A stretch of DNA of 63,144 nt, the filler included, from Octopus bimaculoides (taxonomy: Eukaryota), in assembly GCF_001194135.2 (NCBI RefSeq). It is 8 parts of 6 records of this genome, joined end to end, with 100 filler letters (N's around TTAATTAATTAA, not from the genome) between each part and the next. Parts side by side here need not be neighbours in the genome. Positions count along the whole stretch, not along the records: positions 39,245 to 56,793 come from NW_026321780.1; positions 56,894 to 61,756 come from NC_068985.1; positions 61,857 to 63,144 come from NW_026435052.1; 5 more parts are not named here. One strand, written 5' to 3'. A model generated the notes under the pieces. That model was not told the DNA's origin, made no database searches, and saw only the letters and a program-made list of their open reading frames with translations. Of this stretch, positions 51,940-63,144 are shown one piece after another; the stretch's first letter is position 1, and each line of letters begins with the position of its first letter. The position numbers were made by a program, and so were the translations under genes.

Positions 51940-52330
51940 ACAATAACAAAACTACTTACTACTACTATTATAAACACCACCACTACTACTACTACTACTA
52001 TAATACACACCACCACTACAACTACTACTACTATAATACACACCACCACTACTACTACTACTACTATAATACACACCACCACTACAACTACTACTACTAT
52101 TATAAACACCACCACTACTACTACTACTACTATAATACACACCACCACTACAACTACTACTACTACTATTATAAACACCACCACTACTACTACAACTACT
52201 ACAACTACTACTACTACTACAACCACCACCGCTACTAATACCATGACCACCACCACCACCATGACCACCACCGCCTTCATCACCACCACCATAACCATCA
52301 CCACTACTACCTCAACTACTACTACTACAA
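51940..52330. repeat. Compound (ACT/ACC)n microsatellite with a ~30-bp higher-order unit
   Basis: tataatacacaccaccactac... repeated about 7 times. Confidence 0.85.
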
Positions 52331-52635
52331 CAACAACAAGCACCACCACCGCCACCACCGCTGCTGCTGCTGCTACTACAAACTCCTGAAGTTGTAAATA
52401 TGAAATGTTTCACCTTATCAACGTGTTAGAGTTTTTTTATTGGTTGTTAGGTCTTGGTGAAAGGTGGGGGGGGGGTAGACGGACAGACAGACAGACAGGC
52501 GTGCTGACATACAGACAGGCATGCTGACAGATAAACAGACAGACAGACAAACAGAGACAGACAGACAGGCAGTCAGAGAGACAGAGAGATAAAGAGAGCG
52601 AGAGACAGACAGACAAACGGACAAATAGATATATT

Positions 52636-52679
<44 letters not shown>

Positions 52680-52833
52680 GACAGACAGAGAGAGAAAGAC
52701 AGACTGACAGACAGGCATTCAGACAAGCGGACAGACAAATAGATAGGTAGATAGATAAATAGAGAGAGAGAGAGAGAGAGGGGGGGGGGACGGACAGATA
52801 GGCAGATAGGCAGTCCGATAGACAGAGAGATAA

Positions 52834-52865
<32 letters not shown>

Positions 52866-53410
52866 GCAGCAGACAAACGGACATGCAAATAGATAGACAG
52901 ACAGAGAGAGAGAGAGAGGTAGAGAGAGAGAGAGAGGTGGGGACAGGCAGATAGTCAATCAGATAGACAGAGATAAAGAGAGACAGACAGTCAGACAGAC
53001 AGACAGGTGTATGCTTATATTTAGTGACACATACACACACACACATATATATACATACGCTTCACATGTATACATACATACACAAAATTAAAAAGGAGAG
53101 GCAGGTAAGATAGAAACAGTTAAGTGTCTCATGTTTGTATATATATTATATTTTGCGCACGCACTCATATACACACACACTGCTTAACAACACACACAAA
53201 CGCGCATTGAAATTTGCATACACCTACATTGGGATGTCATAAACTCTCTCTCTCTCTCCCTCAAACACACACACACGCTCTTAAATATACACGGTTATAC
53301 ACACGAGTACACACGAGTGGTTATACGCGCACACACAGGCATACACACACACACGAACACACACTGAATGTACTGTGGCAAAGTACCCACACTGTAACTA
53401 TACACACATG

Positions 53411-53462
<52 letters not shown>

Positions 53463-53699
53463 TTGCAAACATATACAGAAAGAAAGTGCGCGCACACACA
53501 CACACGATAAGTATACACGCATACAGCCACTGTGTTTGTATATAGATAGATAGATGATAGACAAACACAGATAGATAGATAGACAGAAAGACAGAGTGAT
53601 ATATGTATATATTATATATATATATATACCCACACGCAAGATCTAAATATCACATAATCATGCAGTGTATATAAATAATATTTTCTTCTTACAATAGTC

Positions 53700-53880
53700 G
53701 CAAAGCCTGAAATTCTGTGGGGTTTCTGGCTAATCGATTACATCGACTGGTACTTAGTTAATAGATCCGGATGGAAGGCAAAGTCGACGTCGGTGGAATT
53801 TGAACTCAGGACGTAATGACAACAAAATGCAGCTAAGCATTTTGCTCGACACGCTAACGATTCTGCCGTCTCGCTACCTT
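53700..53880 (-). mobile_element. SINE family A
   Basis: aaggcaaagtcgacgtcggtggaatttgaactcagg...gattctgccgtctcgctacc. Confidence 0.8.
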
Positions 53881-54174
53881 TATACATTCGTGTATAAATA
53901 AGACACACATGATACACACGGTTGACATAACACACACACACACGCACATACACAGAGACACACACACTCACGCATACACTCATACGCACAAACACACACA
54001 TACACACGCAAGCAAGCACACACACACATACACACAGCACACACACGCACATACACACACGCACATACGCACACACATAAACACACTGGCAAGCACACAC
54101 GCGAGCTCACACATACGAGCACACACACAGACACACACGCATGGACGCGCATGCATACACAGGCACCGTGGAAT

Positions 54175-54209
<35 letters not shown>

Positions 54210-54357
54210 CGATACTCACGCATACATGTACACACACACACACATAAACACACATGCACACACACACACACAAACACACACGCACACACACTATGAAATA
54301 TCACAAACACACACACGCGCGCACCGACATTATGAAATATTTCTCACACATACACAG

Positions 54358-54396
<39 letters not shown>

Positions 54397-54550
54397 TCCC
54401 ATGCTAAACGTTCAAAACTTAACTTCGCGCACCAGGATGGTTGGTACTTGTATCGTACTTGTAGCGGTACTTGTATCGGTCACTTTCGTTGAGCCGCTAA
54501 GTTATGGGGACGAAAACACCGGTTGTCAAGTGGTGGTGGTGGTGGGAGGT

Positions 54551-54588
<38 letters not shown>

Positions 54589-54691
54589 CACAAAGGCACT
54601 CACACACAGACAGACAGACAGACAGAGTTGGATGGACGGACGGACGGACTGACGGACAGAGAGACAGAGAGATAGGCAGAGATAGACAGAC

Positions 54692-54744
<53 letters not shown>

Positions 54745-54815
54745 TATAGAGAGAGAGATAGAAAGGCAGACAGGCAGCCAGGGAGACAGACAGACAATCA
54801 GGCAGACAGGAAGGC

Positions 54816-54861
<46 letters not shown>

Positions 54862-54874
54862 GTAGGTAGGTAGG

Positions 54875-54930
<56 letters not shown>

Positions 54931-56339
54931 CATACGCAGGGTAGCTGTATTACTAAATATCAAAAGTGGGGGCGTCTGGAGTAGGTAGCTTTAAAACTAT
55001 ACCGGGTAGATGGTAATATAAGGGTAGAAGGCGGGTATAGATACATAGAATATACATCAAGGTGTATCGTGTGGATCTGGTTTAATGGAGTTGTTGAATT
55101 GTAAGGGTGGAAGGGCATTAATAAAAGCCCTTTGTATCTGTGTGCGGGGTACGGGTATGTAGGGTGACCCCTGCACTTTAGTTGAACCCCTTTGCTAAGG
55201 AGGTAACTAGTGATTTGGTGAGATTTTGTGAAAGGACTGTCATTGTTAAGATGCTCGAGTGACGACGTAGTAGCACCGGTACCCCGCCCATCCACCCGCT
55301 TCTTTCGTTGGTTCCCTTGTAAGGGTACTGTTGTGTGTCTGTGTGTATGTGTGTTTGTGTGTGTGTGCGTGTATTCGAGTGGTGTGTTAGATCTATAAGG
55401 GTGTGGGTGCTAATCTATGGTGTAGGGTGGTGTCGGTAGCTGTGTAGTGCTAATGGTGTGGCGGTAGTGGTAGAGGTGGCGATGGTTGTCGTGGTGGTGG
55501 TGATAGTGGTAGCGATGGTGGCAGTAGTACTGGTGGTTGTCGTGGCGGTGGTAGCAGTGGCGGTGATGGCCCTGGCGGCNNNNNNNNNNNNNNNNNNNNN
55601 NNNNNNNNNNNNNNNNNNNNNNNNNNNNNNNNNNNNNNNNNNNNNNNNNNNNNNNNNNNNNNNNNNNNNNNNNNNNNNNNNNNNNNNNNNNNNNNNNNNN
55701 NNNNNNNNNNNNNNNNNNNNNNNNNNNNNNNNNNNNNNNNNNNNNNNNNNNNNNNNNNNNNNNNNNNNNNNNNNNNNNNNNNNNNNNNNNNNNNNNNNNN
55801 NNNNNNNNNNNNNNNNNNNNNNNNNNNNNNNNNNNNNNNNNNNNNNNNNNNNNNNNNNNNNNNNNNNNNNNNNNNNNNNNNNNNNNNNNNNNNNNNNNNN
55901 NNNNNNNNNNNNNNNNNNNNNNNNNNNNNNNNNNNNNNNNNNNNNNNNNNNNNNNNNNNNNNNNNNNNNNNNNNNNNNNNNNNNNNNNNNNNNNNNNNNN
56001 NNNNNNNNNNNNNNNNNNNNNNNNNNNNNNNNNNNNNNNNNNNNNNNNNNNNNNNNNNNNNNNNNNNNNNNNNNNNNNNNNNNNNNNNNNNNNNNNNNNN
56101 NNNNNNNNNNNNNNNNNNNNNNNNNNNNNNNNNNNNNNNNNNNNNNNNNNNNNNNNNNNNNNNNNNNNNNNNNNNNNNNNNNNNNNNNNNNNNNNNNNNN
56201 NNNNNNNNNNNNNNNNNNNNNNNNNNNGTGGTGGTGGTTGTGGTGGTGGTGGTCGTCGTCATCGTCATCGTCGTTGCGGTTTAGCCCCAAATCGAATCGG
56301 GTGGATGAAAGACATTTCGGTTAAAAAAACAAAAAAAAA

Positions 56340-56793
56340 ACAGAAATCGCTTTACGTTGTAAGTTCGAACCCCGCCAAGGTCAACTTCGCCTTTCATCCT
56401 TTCGGGATCGATAAAATAAGTACCAATCGAGTAGTGGGGTCGATAACATCGACTTACCCCCTCCCACAAAATTTCAAGTTTTGTACCTTTAATAGAAAGG
56501 ATTATTATTATTGTTGTTGTTGTTGTTGTTATTGTTGTTGTTGTTTTGCTATATGCAAGCTGTTCCAGTAACCTGAAGTAAACAGCAAGCTGGACGTTTT
56601 GTTACGATTATTATTGAAGATTAGCAACGAGGCAACAAGCTAGCAGAATCGTCACCGCGCTGGACGGAGCGCTTAGAGGTATTTCGCCTGTCGCTAATGA
56701 TCTGAGTTCAAATTCCACCGAGGTCGACTTTGCCTTTTATCATTTCGAAGTCGATAAATTAAGTACCAGTGAAACACTGGGGCTCGATGTAAT
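56340..56793 (+). mobile_element. Two family A SINEs linked by (ATT/GTT)n
   Basis: Copies at about 56340-56500 and 56635-56793. Confidence 0.8.
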
Positions 56794-57050
56794 NNNNNNN
56801 NNNNNNNNNNNNNNNNNNNNNNNNNNNNNNNNNNNNNTTAATTAATTAANNNNNNNNNNNNNNNNNNNNNNNNNNNNNNNNNNNNNNNNNNNNTATAATC
56901 CAGGAGACTTAGGGGTTGAGGATTCAACCCACTAAGGGATAATATCTATCCAATATACTGCTGGGTGGGTACCCAATTATTGTTACACTAGTGTTATACC
57001 AAATGCAATAAGTGGGTGCGGGTAAAAGGAGGTTATTTTACCCTAAATTT

Positions 57051-57385
57051 ATATAGCAATTAGAAAATGGAGGAGGATATGCGGTATCCATCGACTTGCA
57101 GACAATTAAGGTTACAAATATAAAGGACATTTAGTAAGTGGAGAAGGGACAGAAACTTACGGCTGTTTCGGCCTGAAACAGCTGTAAGCTTCTGTCCTTT
57201 CTCCAATTGCTAAATGTCCTTTATATTTGTAACCTTAATTGTTAATATGACATGGTATGTCATAAGTATCTGTATATTGCGGTTTTTGTCAATTTAGTTA
57301 TAAAATAAACAGATTAATCAACGGAATACACTGTCTGCAAGTCGATGGATACCGCATATTCTCCTCCATTTTCTCATTGCTATAT
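57051..57385. repeat. Head-to-head inverted duplication of a PLE-like terminal repeat; left arm lacks ~90 bp
   Basis: Symmetry centre at 57171/57172 (gtttcgg|cctgaaac); structure A-B-B'-X-A'. Confidence 0.85.
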
Positions 57386-57551
57386 ATATATACCGTATTT
57401 TAACGTTTATAAGGAATCCCCTTATTTTTGGGGCTTAACATTTGGAATAAAGGTTTTATAAGGGATTATAATACTATCCATGTATAAGAAACTCCCATAT
57501 TTTTAACCTAATTTTTGACAAAAAAGGGTTCCTTATACACGTTAAAATACA

Positions 57552-57588
<37 letters not shown>

Positions 57589-57589
57589 C

Positions 57590-57897
57590 AAAAAAAGCAA
57601 CACGGATTTTAAAGGTTATTGCAGTACGCACGTTTCATGCTACTCCACTTATTTAAGTAATGCGAGCATGACATTAAATGCAAAATGCAGAGCAATCTTC
57701 AGCTGCACAAAGATATAGAAAATTTACTAAAAACTTCAGCAGAATGGACATATTACAGTTGTGGCAACATTTAAAATCTAAGTGGGAAGAAGAATACATA
57801 AAAAACCATTTAATGTAATGCTCGCATTACTTAAATAAATGGAGTAGCATGAAACGTGCGTACTGCAATAACCTTTAAAATCTATGTTGCTTTTTTT
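57590..57897. repeat. MITE/foldback with ~90-bp inverted arms
   Basis: aaaagcaacacggattttaaaggttattgcagtacgcacgtttcatgctactcc...acattaaatg is mirrored at 57807-57897. Confidence 0.9.
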
Positions 57898-58370
57898 GAT
57901 TTTTGATCACCTTGCTTTTGAAATTGTTTGGATAATACCACACTATATTCTGGAGGGAAAAGCAATGGGCTGCAGAAAATTTGCCTCAACAAATTGCGTC
58001 TGATCCATGTAAACATGGAAAAGTGGACGTTAAAAAATGATAATGCCATTATGAATAATTTTTTAATAAAAAGTATTAACCAACAAACTCATTGATGAGG
58101 ATATCTTGTTGAGCGGGTGAACGTGCCACCTGTTGTAGCTTAGCCCCCAGATTAACCTTAATCGCATAAACCACTACTCGAATACGTTCCAGCTGCAACT
58201 AAACTGCTTTTGTTCAGACAAAATGTATTCAAGGCTTATATTATCCAATTCCTTCCTTCCACTTACAAGACAGCAGTGTGTGATTTCTGGCAAGCTTGAC
58301 TGAGATTTCTAGCAAGTCAGGTGACCTCATATATTCTCTTCATTGGCTTTTGCTATTTGTATGTGTTTGC

Positions 58371-58492
<122 letters not shown>

Positions 58493-58734
58493 GAATCTGT
58501 CTATATCCTTGGTCTAAAAGAATGTAGAGGCTTATAAATTGTAAGTAAGGACAGGCAGGTTTTATAATTGATCGTGGGACCGTATTCAGTTTCGGTGCTG
58601 TCAGATTCATGCACGTCCCCTAAGTCATGTCAGGATGGTCACGCCTGTAATACCTTTGTTCGGAAGTCTGCTTTGTCTACCGGGCCTCACCTTCGGTTAA
58701 CCAATAAGAACCCGGAATTTTCAATTTGTACCTC

Positions 58735-58890
58735 ATTAAACGTTGCAAGGCGCATGCGTGACGGTGTAATAACAAGCACGCTTTCCAACCACACTGTTTC
58801 AGATTCATTGTCACTGAGTGGCACCTTGAGCAAGTGTGTCTTTTGCTATAGCCTTGGGCCAACCAAAGCCTTGTGAGTAGATTTGGGATA
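58735..58890 (+). mobile_element. SINE family B, degenerate
   Basis: gtggcaccttgagcaagtgtgtcttttgctatagccttgggccaaccaaagccttgtgagtagattt. Confidence 0.75.
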
Positions 58891-58980
58891 AAAATCAAAA
58901 TTTACAGGTAAAAACTCAATTAAATTCAATTTATCAAAAATTTAAATTAAATTAAGTTTCACAGTATATAATATATAAAT

Positions 58981-59262
58981 ATATAAATATATAATTTAGA
59001 GAAAAGAACCAAAGTTCTTGAACTCATCCATGAAAATTCACAGTCACATATAGAAAAATTTAATCAGTAAATACACTAAAAATAAATATAATAAAATACA
59101 AAGTAATAATCATAAAATAATAAAATAATATTTTATGATTATTACTTTGTATTTTATTATACTTCTTTTTAGTGTATTTACTTATTAAATTTTTCTATAT
59201 GTGACTGTGAATTTTCATGGATGAGTTCAAGAACTGTGGTTCTTTTCTCTAAATTATATATT

Positions 59263-59268
<6 letters not shown>
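58981..59268. repeat. Near-perfect foldback hairpin, ~139-bp arms, ~9-nt loop
   Basis: tttagagaaaagaaccaaagttcttgaactcatccatgaaaattcacagtcacatatag...cataaaata is mirrored at 59128-59268. Confidence 0.9.
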
Positions 59269-59299
<31 letters not shown>

Positions 59300-59430
59300 C
59301 TGCTGCCTCGGAAATCTGCAATGGCTCCATAACTACCGTCTCGGCTATAACCTTGGAGCCCTAGTAATCCGTTACAGCACTTACCTAGCGTATCTAATCG
59401 CTTAGATCACTTGTAAACTAAACCCCCATA

Positions 59431-59474
<44 letters not shown>

Positions 59475-59479
59475 TTGTG

Positions 59480-59665
59480 TATTTGTGTGTATGTATCTGT
59501 GTTTATCCTCCACCATCGCTTGACAACCGGTGTTGGTGTGTTTATGTACCCGTAACCTAGCTGCTCACCAAAGAGACCGATAGAACAAGTACCAGACTGA
59601 TAATTCTTCAAGGCAGTGCCCCAGCATGACCGCTTTCTAATGACTGAAGCAAGTAAAAGGTAAAA
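59480..59665 (+). mobile_element. SINE family B 3' part
   Basis: ccaccatcgcttgacaaccggtgttggtgtgtttatg...gtgccccagcatgacc...aatgactgaagcaagtaaaag. Confidence 0.75.
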
Positions 59666-59716
59666 GTTAAAACCTCTGCAGATAACGAATATGTTTGCCA
59701 AGTCCCTCGTACTCAC

Positions 59717-59846
59717 CTGTGATGAAACATCGTAGCTGTACATAGAATGGGAGTTTTGCGTGTCCATGTTTACTGGATGTTGATTGGTTAATGTCTGTCC
59801 GTAGGCCATGTGATACGACTGACATTGCTGATACGTAGGACTGCAA
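59717..59846 (-). CDS. Coding exon of the unnamed minus-strand gene: LQSYVSAMSVVSHGLRTDINQSTSSKHGHAKLPFYVQLRCFIT
   Basis: Strong consensus acceptor ctctctttattcttcttacAG and donor CAG|GTGAGT; 130 nt; the phase 0 to 1 frame joins 47015 (G+CC = Ala); a second frame (CSPTYQQ...) is also open. Confidence 0.7.
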
Positions 59847-59894
59847 CTGTAAGAAGAATAAAGAGAGAAAAAAATCACCATTAATATTAGATTC

Positions 59895-60000
59895 AAATTT
59901 TGGCGCAAGGCCAACAAGTTCGGGGGAGGTGTTAAGTCAATTACATCGACCCCGGGGTTTAACTGGTACTTATTTTATCGACCCCGAAAGGATGACAGGC
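59895..60000 (-). mobile_element. SINE family A, 3' part
   Basis: ggcgcaaggcc...attacatcgaccccgggg...ggtacttattttatcgaccccgaaaggatga. Confidence 0.75.
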
Positions 60001-60041
60001 ATTAGCGTACCGGAGTAAATTCTGATATTCATCAATAAAAG

Positions 60042-60882
60042 TGGGATCTTTCTGAATTGACGGGAACCACTTGTTTTCTTAACGAAACACTTTCAAACTT
60101 GGGATACTGGTAGAATGTGTCATATAAGACATCTTTTTCTCTTAGCCTTCTAAACAAAAATTTATATATTGCAAGTTATTTCATGTTAAAGTTGTCGTAT
60201 TTCTGTAATTTCAACCAATCACTGACATCTATTCAGCTGAATACAGTTACTGCTGTTTTTGTAAACAATATTTTTTGCCGGTGTCAAGATCGTTATTCCC
60301 TGTTAATCCCTATTAAGGGTTATTCCTAGTAAGGGTTATAACCCTAGTTATTCCTTAGTAAGGGTTTAGGGGTTTTAGGGTTAGGGTTCGGGTTTTAGAG
60401 TTAGGGTTAGTTTTAGGGTTATGGGTCGGGTTATGATTATTTTTGCCATAACCTAACTCANNNNNNNNNNNNNNNNNNNNNNNNNNNNNNNNNNNNNNNT
60501 AAAACCCGAACCCTAACCCTAAAACCATAAAGCTAAAACCAGTACAAACGCACGGACGATGTCATAAATAACAGTACCGCCGATAGTTGTTGTTGACAAA
60601 CAACAGCACTAATTTTATTCAAGGAAAAAGATCCCATGACACCGTTAGAACATGTAGTTTACATTCCACAGCAGTAATTGTTTTCACCTCAATAGACGTC
60701 AGTGATTGGTTGAAATTATCGAAATACGACAAATTTTACATGAAATAACTTCGAATACAAATTTTTTTATCTATTCTATAACACAAAATATACAAGTATA
60801 CGAAGTTTGAAAGTGTTTCGGTACCAAAAACACTACATAAAACATAAATGAAAAGTGGTTCCCATCAATTCAGAAAGATCCC
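60042..60882. repeat. Diverged inverted repeat pair enclosing telomere-like TTAGGG/CCCTAA tracts
   Basis: tgggatctttctgaattgacgggaaccactt versus aagtggttcccatcaattcagaaagatccca, plus further mirrored blocks; G-rich tract at 60350-60430 and C-rich tract at 60500-60540 across a 39-N gap. Confidence 0.7.
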
Positions 60883-61999
60883 AAAAGTGTTATATCGTCG
60901 CAATCTACCGAAGTCTTAACGAAAGACTGGTTAAGTAAATATACAAAAATATATTGAAGCGCAAAATAGAAAATTACAAAACGATTGAATATTTCTATCA
61001 CGCCATAATAAATGATATAGTTAAATGCATATATCGTACTGAATATGTTGAGCAGAAAATAATTTTTGATCTATTAAAATAATTTTCAATTAAAATAATT
61101 CTTAATCTATTGAAATTAAATTATAAACGTAATGAGAAACAGATTCAGTAACATTTATGAGAATTAATCTGAATGTAGAACAAGGGAGAGAACCTGATAA
61201 ATTTCAATAGATCAAAAATTCAATGATGATAAGTGGATATAAACCATATGTAATGGACAGAACATTTAAACTATTTGGCAAATTTCAGTGAGCCTCGTTT
61301 CAACCAATGAAGTTCAATAAATCAAAAATAAGTCCGAAATTATCTCCGGTAATTATCGAAAATAAATAAATACATAAAAACTACTTTTCTCTCACAGCAT
61401 GTTTGTCAAACATTATTTTAAGTGTTTAATGTTCCATGCTCTAAATATGCTTTCACCTTCATAACTACTATTCATTATGCAAATAACATCTCAGAATTCT
61501 GAAATAATTAAAATTAAGTATCAAATACGATCATTTTTCCAACAGATTTTTTCCGCAACCGATCGATGGATTATTGCAATTGAATTCGATGTGGGGAGAT
61601 CTAAAGTTTTATTTTCATGCATTTACTAAGGCTTTCAAAATAAATGTAAAGTCATATTTTTCCATTCAAAAATAGAGACCTGTTCACGTATTTGGTTTGC
61701 TAAGAAATTAACCCTCTTCGACATTACTCCTCCCTCCCTCCCTCCCTCCCACTACCNNNNNNNNNNNNNNNNNNNNNNNNNNNNNNNNNNNNNNNNNNNN
61801 TTAATTAATTAANNNNNNNNNNNNNNNNNNNNNNNNNNNNNNNNNNNNNNNNNNNNAAACTTTTTCTTTTTTTTTTTTTTTGCAACTTGAAAAATAATGA
61901 TAATAACAATAAGTTCAAATTTATTCACAAGGCCAGTAGTTTTGAGACAAGGTGGGCAAATCATTGTTGTTGAACCTAATGCTTGTGATTTCTTTATTG

Positions 62000-63144
62000 T
62001 GAAGGTAACATAGGAGAGGGAGAATGCTGCAAGAAGGTAACATGGGAGACAGTGAATACTGAGTGAAGGTATAGTAGGGGAAGGAGGAGAATACTGAGTA
62101 AAGGTAACATAGGAGAGGGAGAATAGTGCGTGAAAGTAACATAGGAGAGGGAGAATAGTGAGTGAAGGTAACATGGAGGAGAGAGAATACTGAGTGAAGG
62201 TAATATAAAAGGGGAAGGAGAGGGAGAATACTGAGTAAAGGTAACAGGAGTTGAAGGAAAAGGAGAATACTAAGTGAAGGTAACATAGGAGCAGTTGAAG
62301 ATGGAGAATACTGAGTGAAGGTTATGTAGGAGAGGGAGAATACTGAGTGAAGGTAACATAGAAGAAAGAGAATACTGAGTGAAGGTAACAGATGAGAGGA
62401 AGAATATTGCATGAAGTTAACATAGGTGAAGGAAAATACTAATTGAAGGTAATATAGGGTTGGAAAGGGAGGGAGAATACTGAGTGAAGGTAACATAGGA
62501 GAGAGAGCATAGTGAGTGAAAGTAACAGACAAGAGGGAGAATACTGAGTTAAGATAACATAGATGACAGAAAATACTAAGTGATGCTAATATAGGGACAG
62601 AATAGTGAGTGAAGATAACATAGGAGAGGGAGAAAACTGAGTGGAGGTAATACAGAAGGGAGAGGAGAGGAAAATATTGAGTGAATGTAACATAGAAGGA
62701 GGATACTGAGTAAAGGTAACATAGTGGAGGTAGAATTCTGAGTTAAGGTAACATATGAGGGGGAGAATATTAATTGAGCATAATATAGGTGAGGGAGGAT
62801 AGTAAGTGAAGGTAGCATAGGAGAAGAAGCAGATTGAGAATACTGTGTGAAGGTAATATAGAAGGGGAAGGAAAGGTCTAATACTGAGTGAAGGTAGGAG
62901 AGGGAGAATACTGTGTGAAGGTAACTTATGAGAGGGAGAATGCTGAGTGATGGTTATATAGGAGAGGAAGAATACTGAGTGAAGGTAACATGGGAAACGA
63001 AGGAGAGGGAGAATACTGAGTGATGTTTATATAAGAGAGGAAGAATACTGAGTGAAGGTAATATAGGAGAGGGGGAATATTGAGTGAAAGTAATATGAAA
63101 TGGGAAGGAGAGGGAGAATACTGAGTGAAAGTGACATGGGAAAT
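62000..63144. repeat. Purine-rich minisatellite, ~32-bp unit, runs off the window end
   Basis: Consensus gaaggtaacataggagagggagaatactgagt, about 30 diverged copies, some with extra gaagg; explains the 'MLPSLSILP' ORFs. Confidence 0.95.

Overview
AT-rich, microsatellite-dense eukaryotic genomic DNA from a gapped draft assembly (many N runs; seven artificial TTAATTAATTAA linkers). The repeat families and (AT/AC/AG/ATT)n load resemble an octopus genome; this is inference. Most of the window is intronic repeats: three tRNA-derived SINE families (here A, B, C), RTE and CR1/L2-type LINE 3' ends, decayed mariner and Tc1 copies, MITE/foldback hairpins and Penelope-like (PLE) pieces. Nearly all ORFs in the supplied track are microsatellite or gap artefacts. 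Reading by eye, I support: (1) two phase-compatible plus-strand exons (33442-33545, 35208-35401) of a Dachs-like unconventional myosin motor domain, inside a CpG-depleted, linker-bounded block (about 28.9-39.1 kb); (2) a multi-exon minus-strand gene I cannot name, with three well-supported consecutive exons (59717-59846, 46856-47015, 44386-44557) and weaker downstream candidates that would straddle the myosin block; (3) an uninterrupted 163-codon PLE GIY-YIG endonuclease frame and several minimal hammerhead-ribozyme motifs in PLE-like terminal repeats. The best hammerhead is at 9174-9221 (-), and a homologue with compensatory stem changes sits inside a CACTA-type MITE. All gene models and RNA folds are manual, with no database searches. 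Repeat boundaries are approximate.
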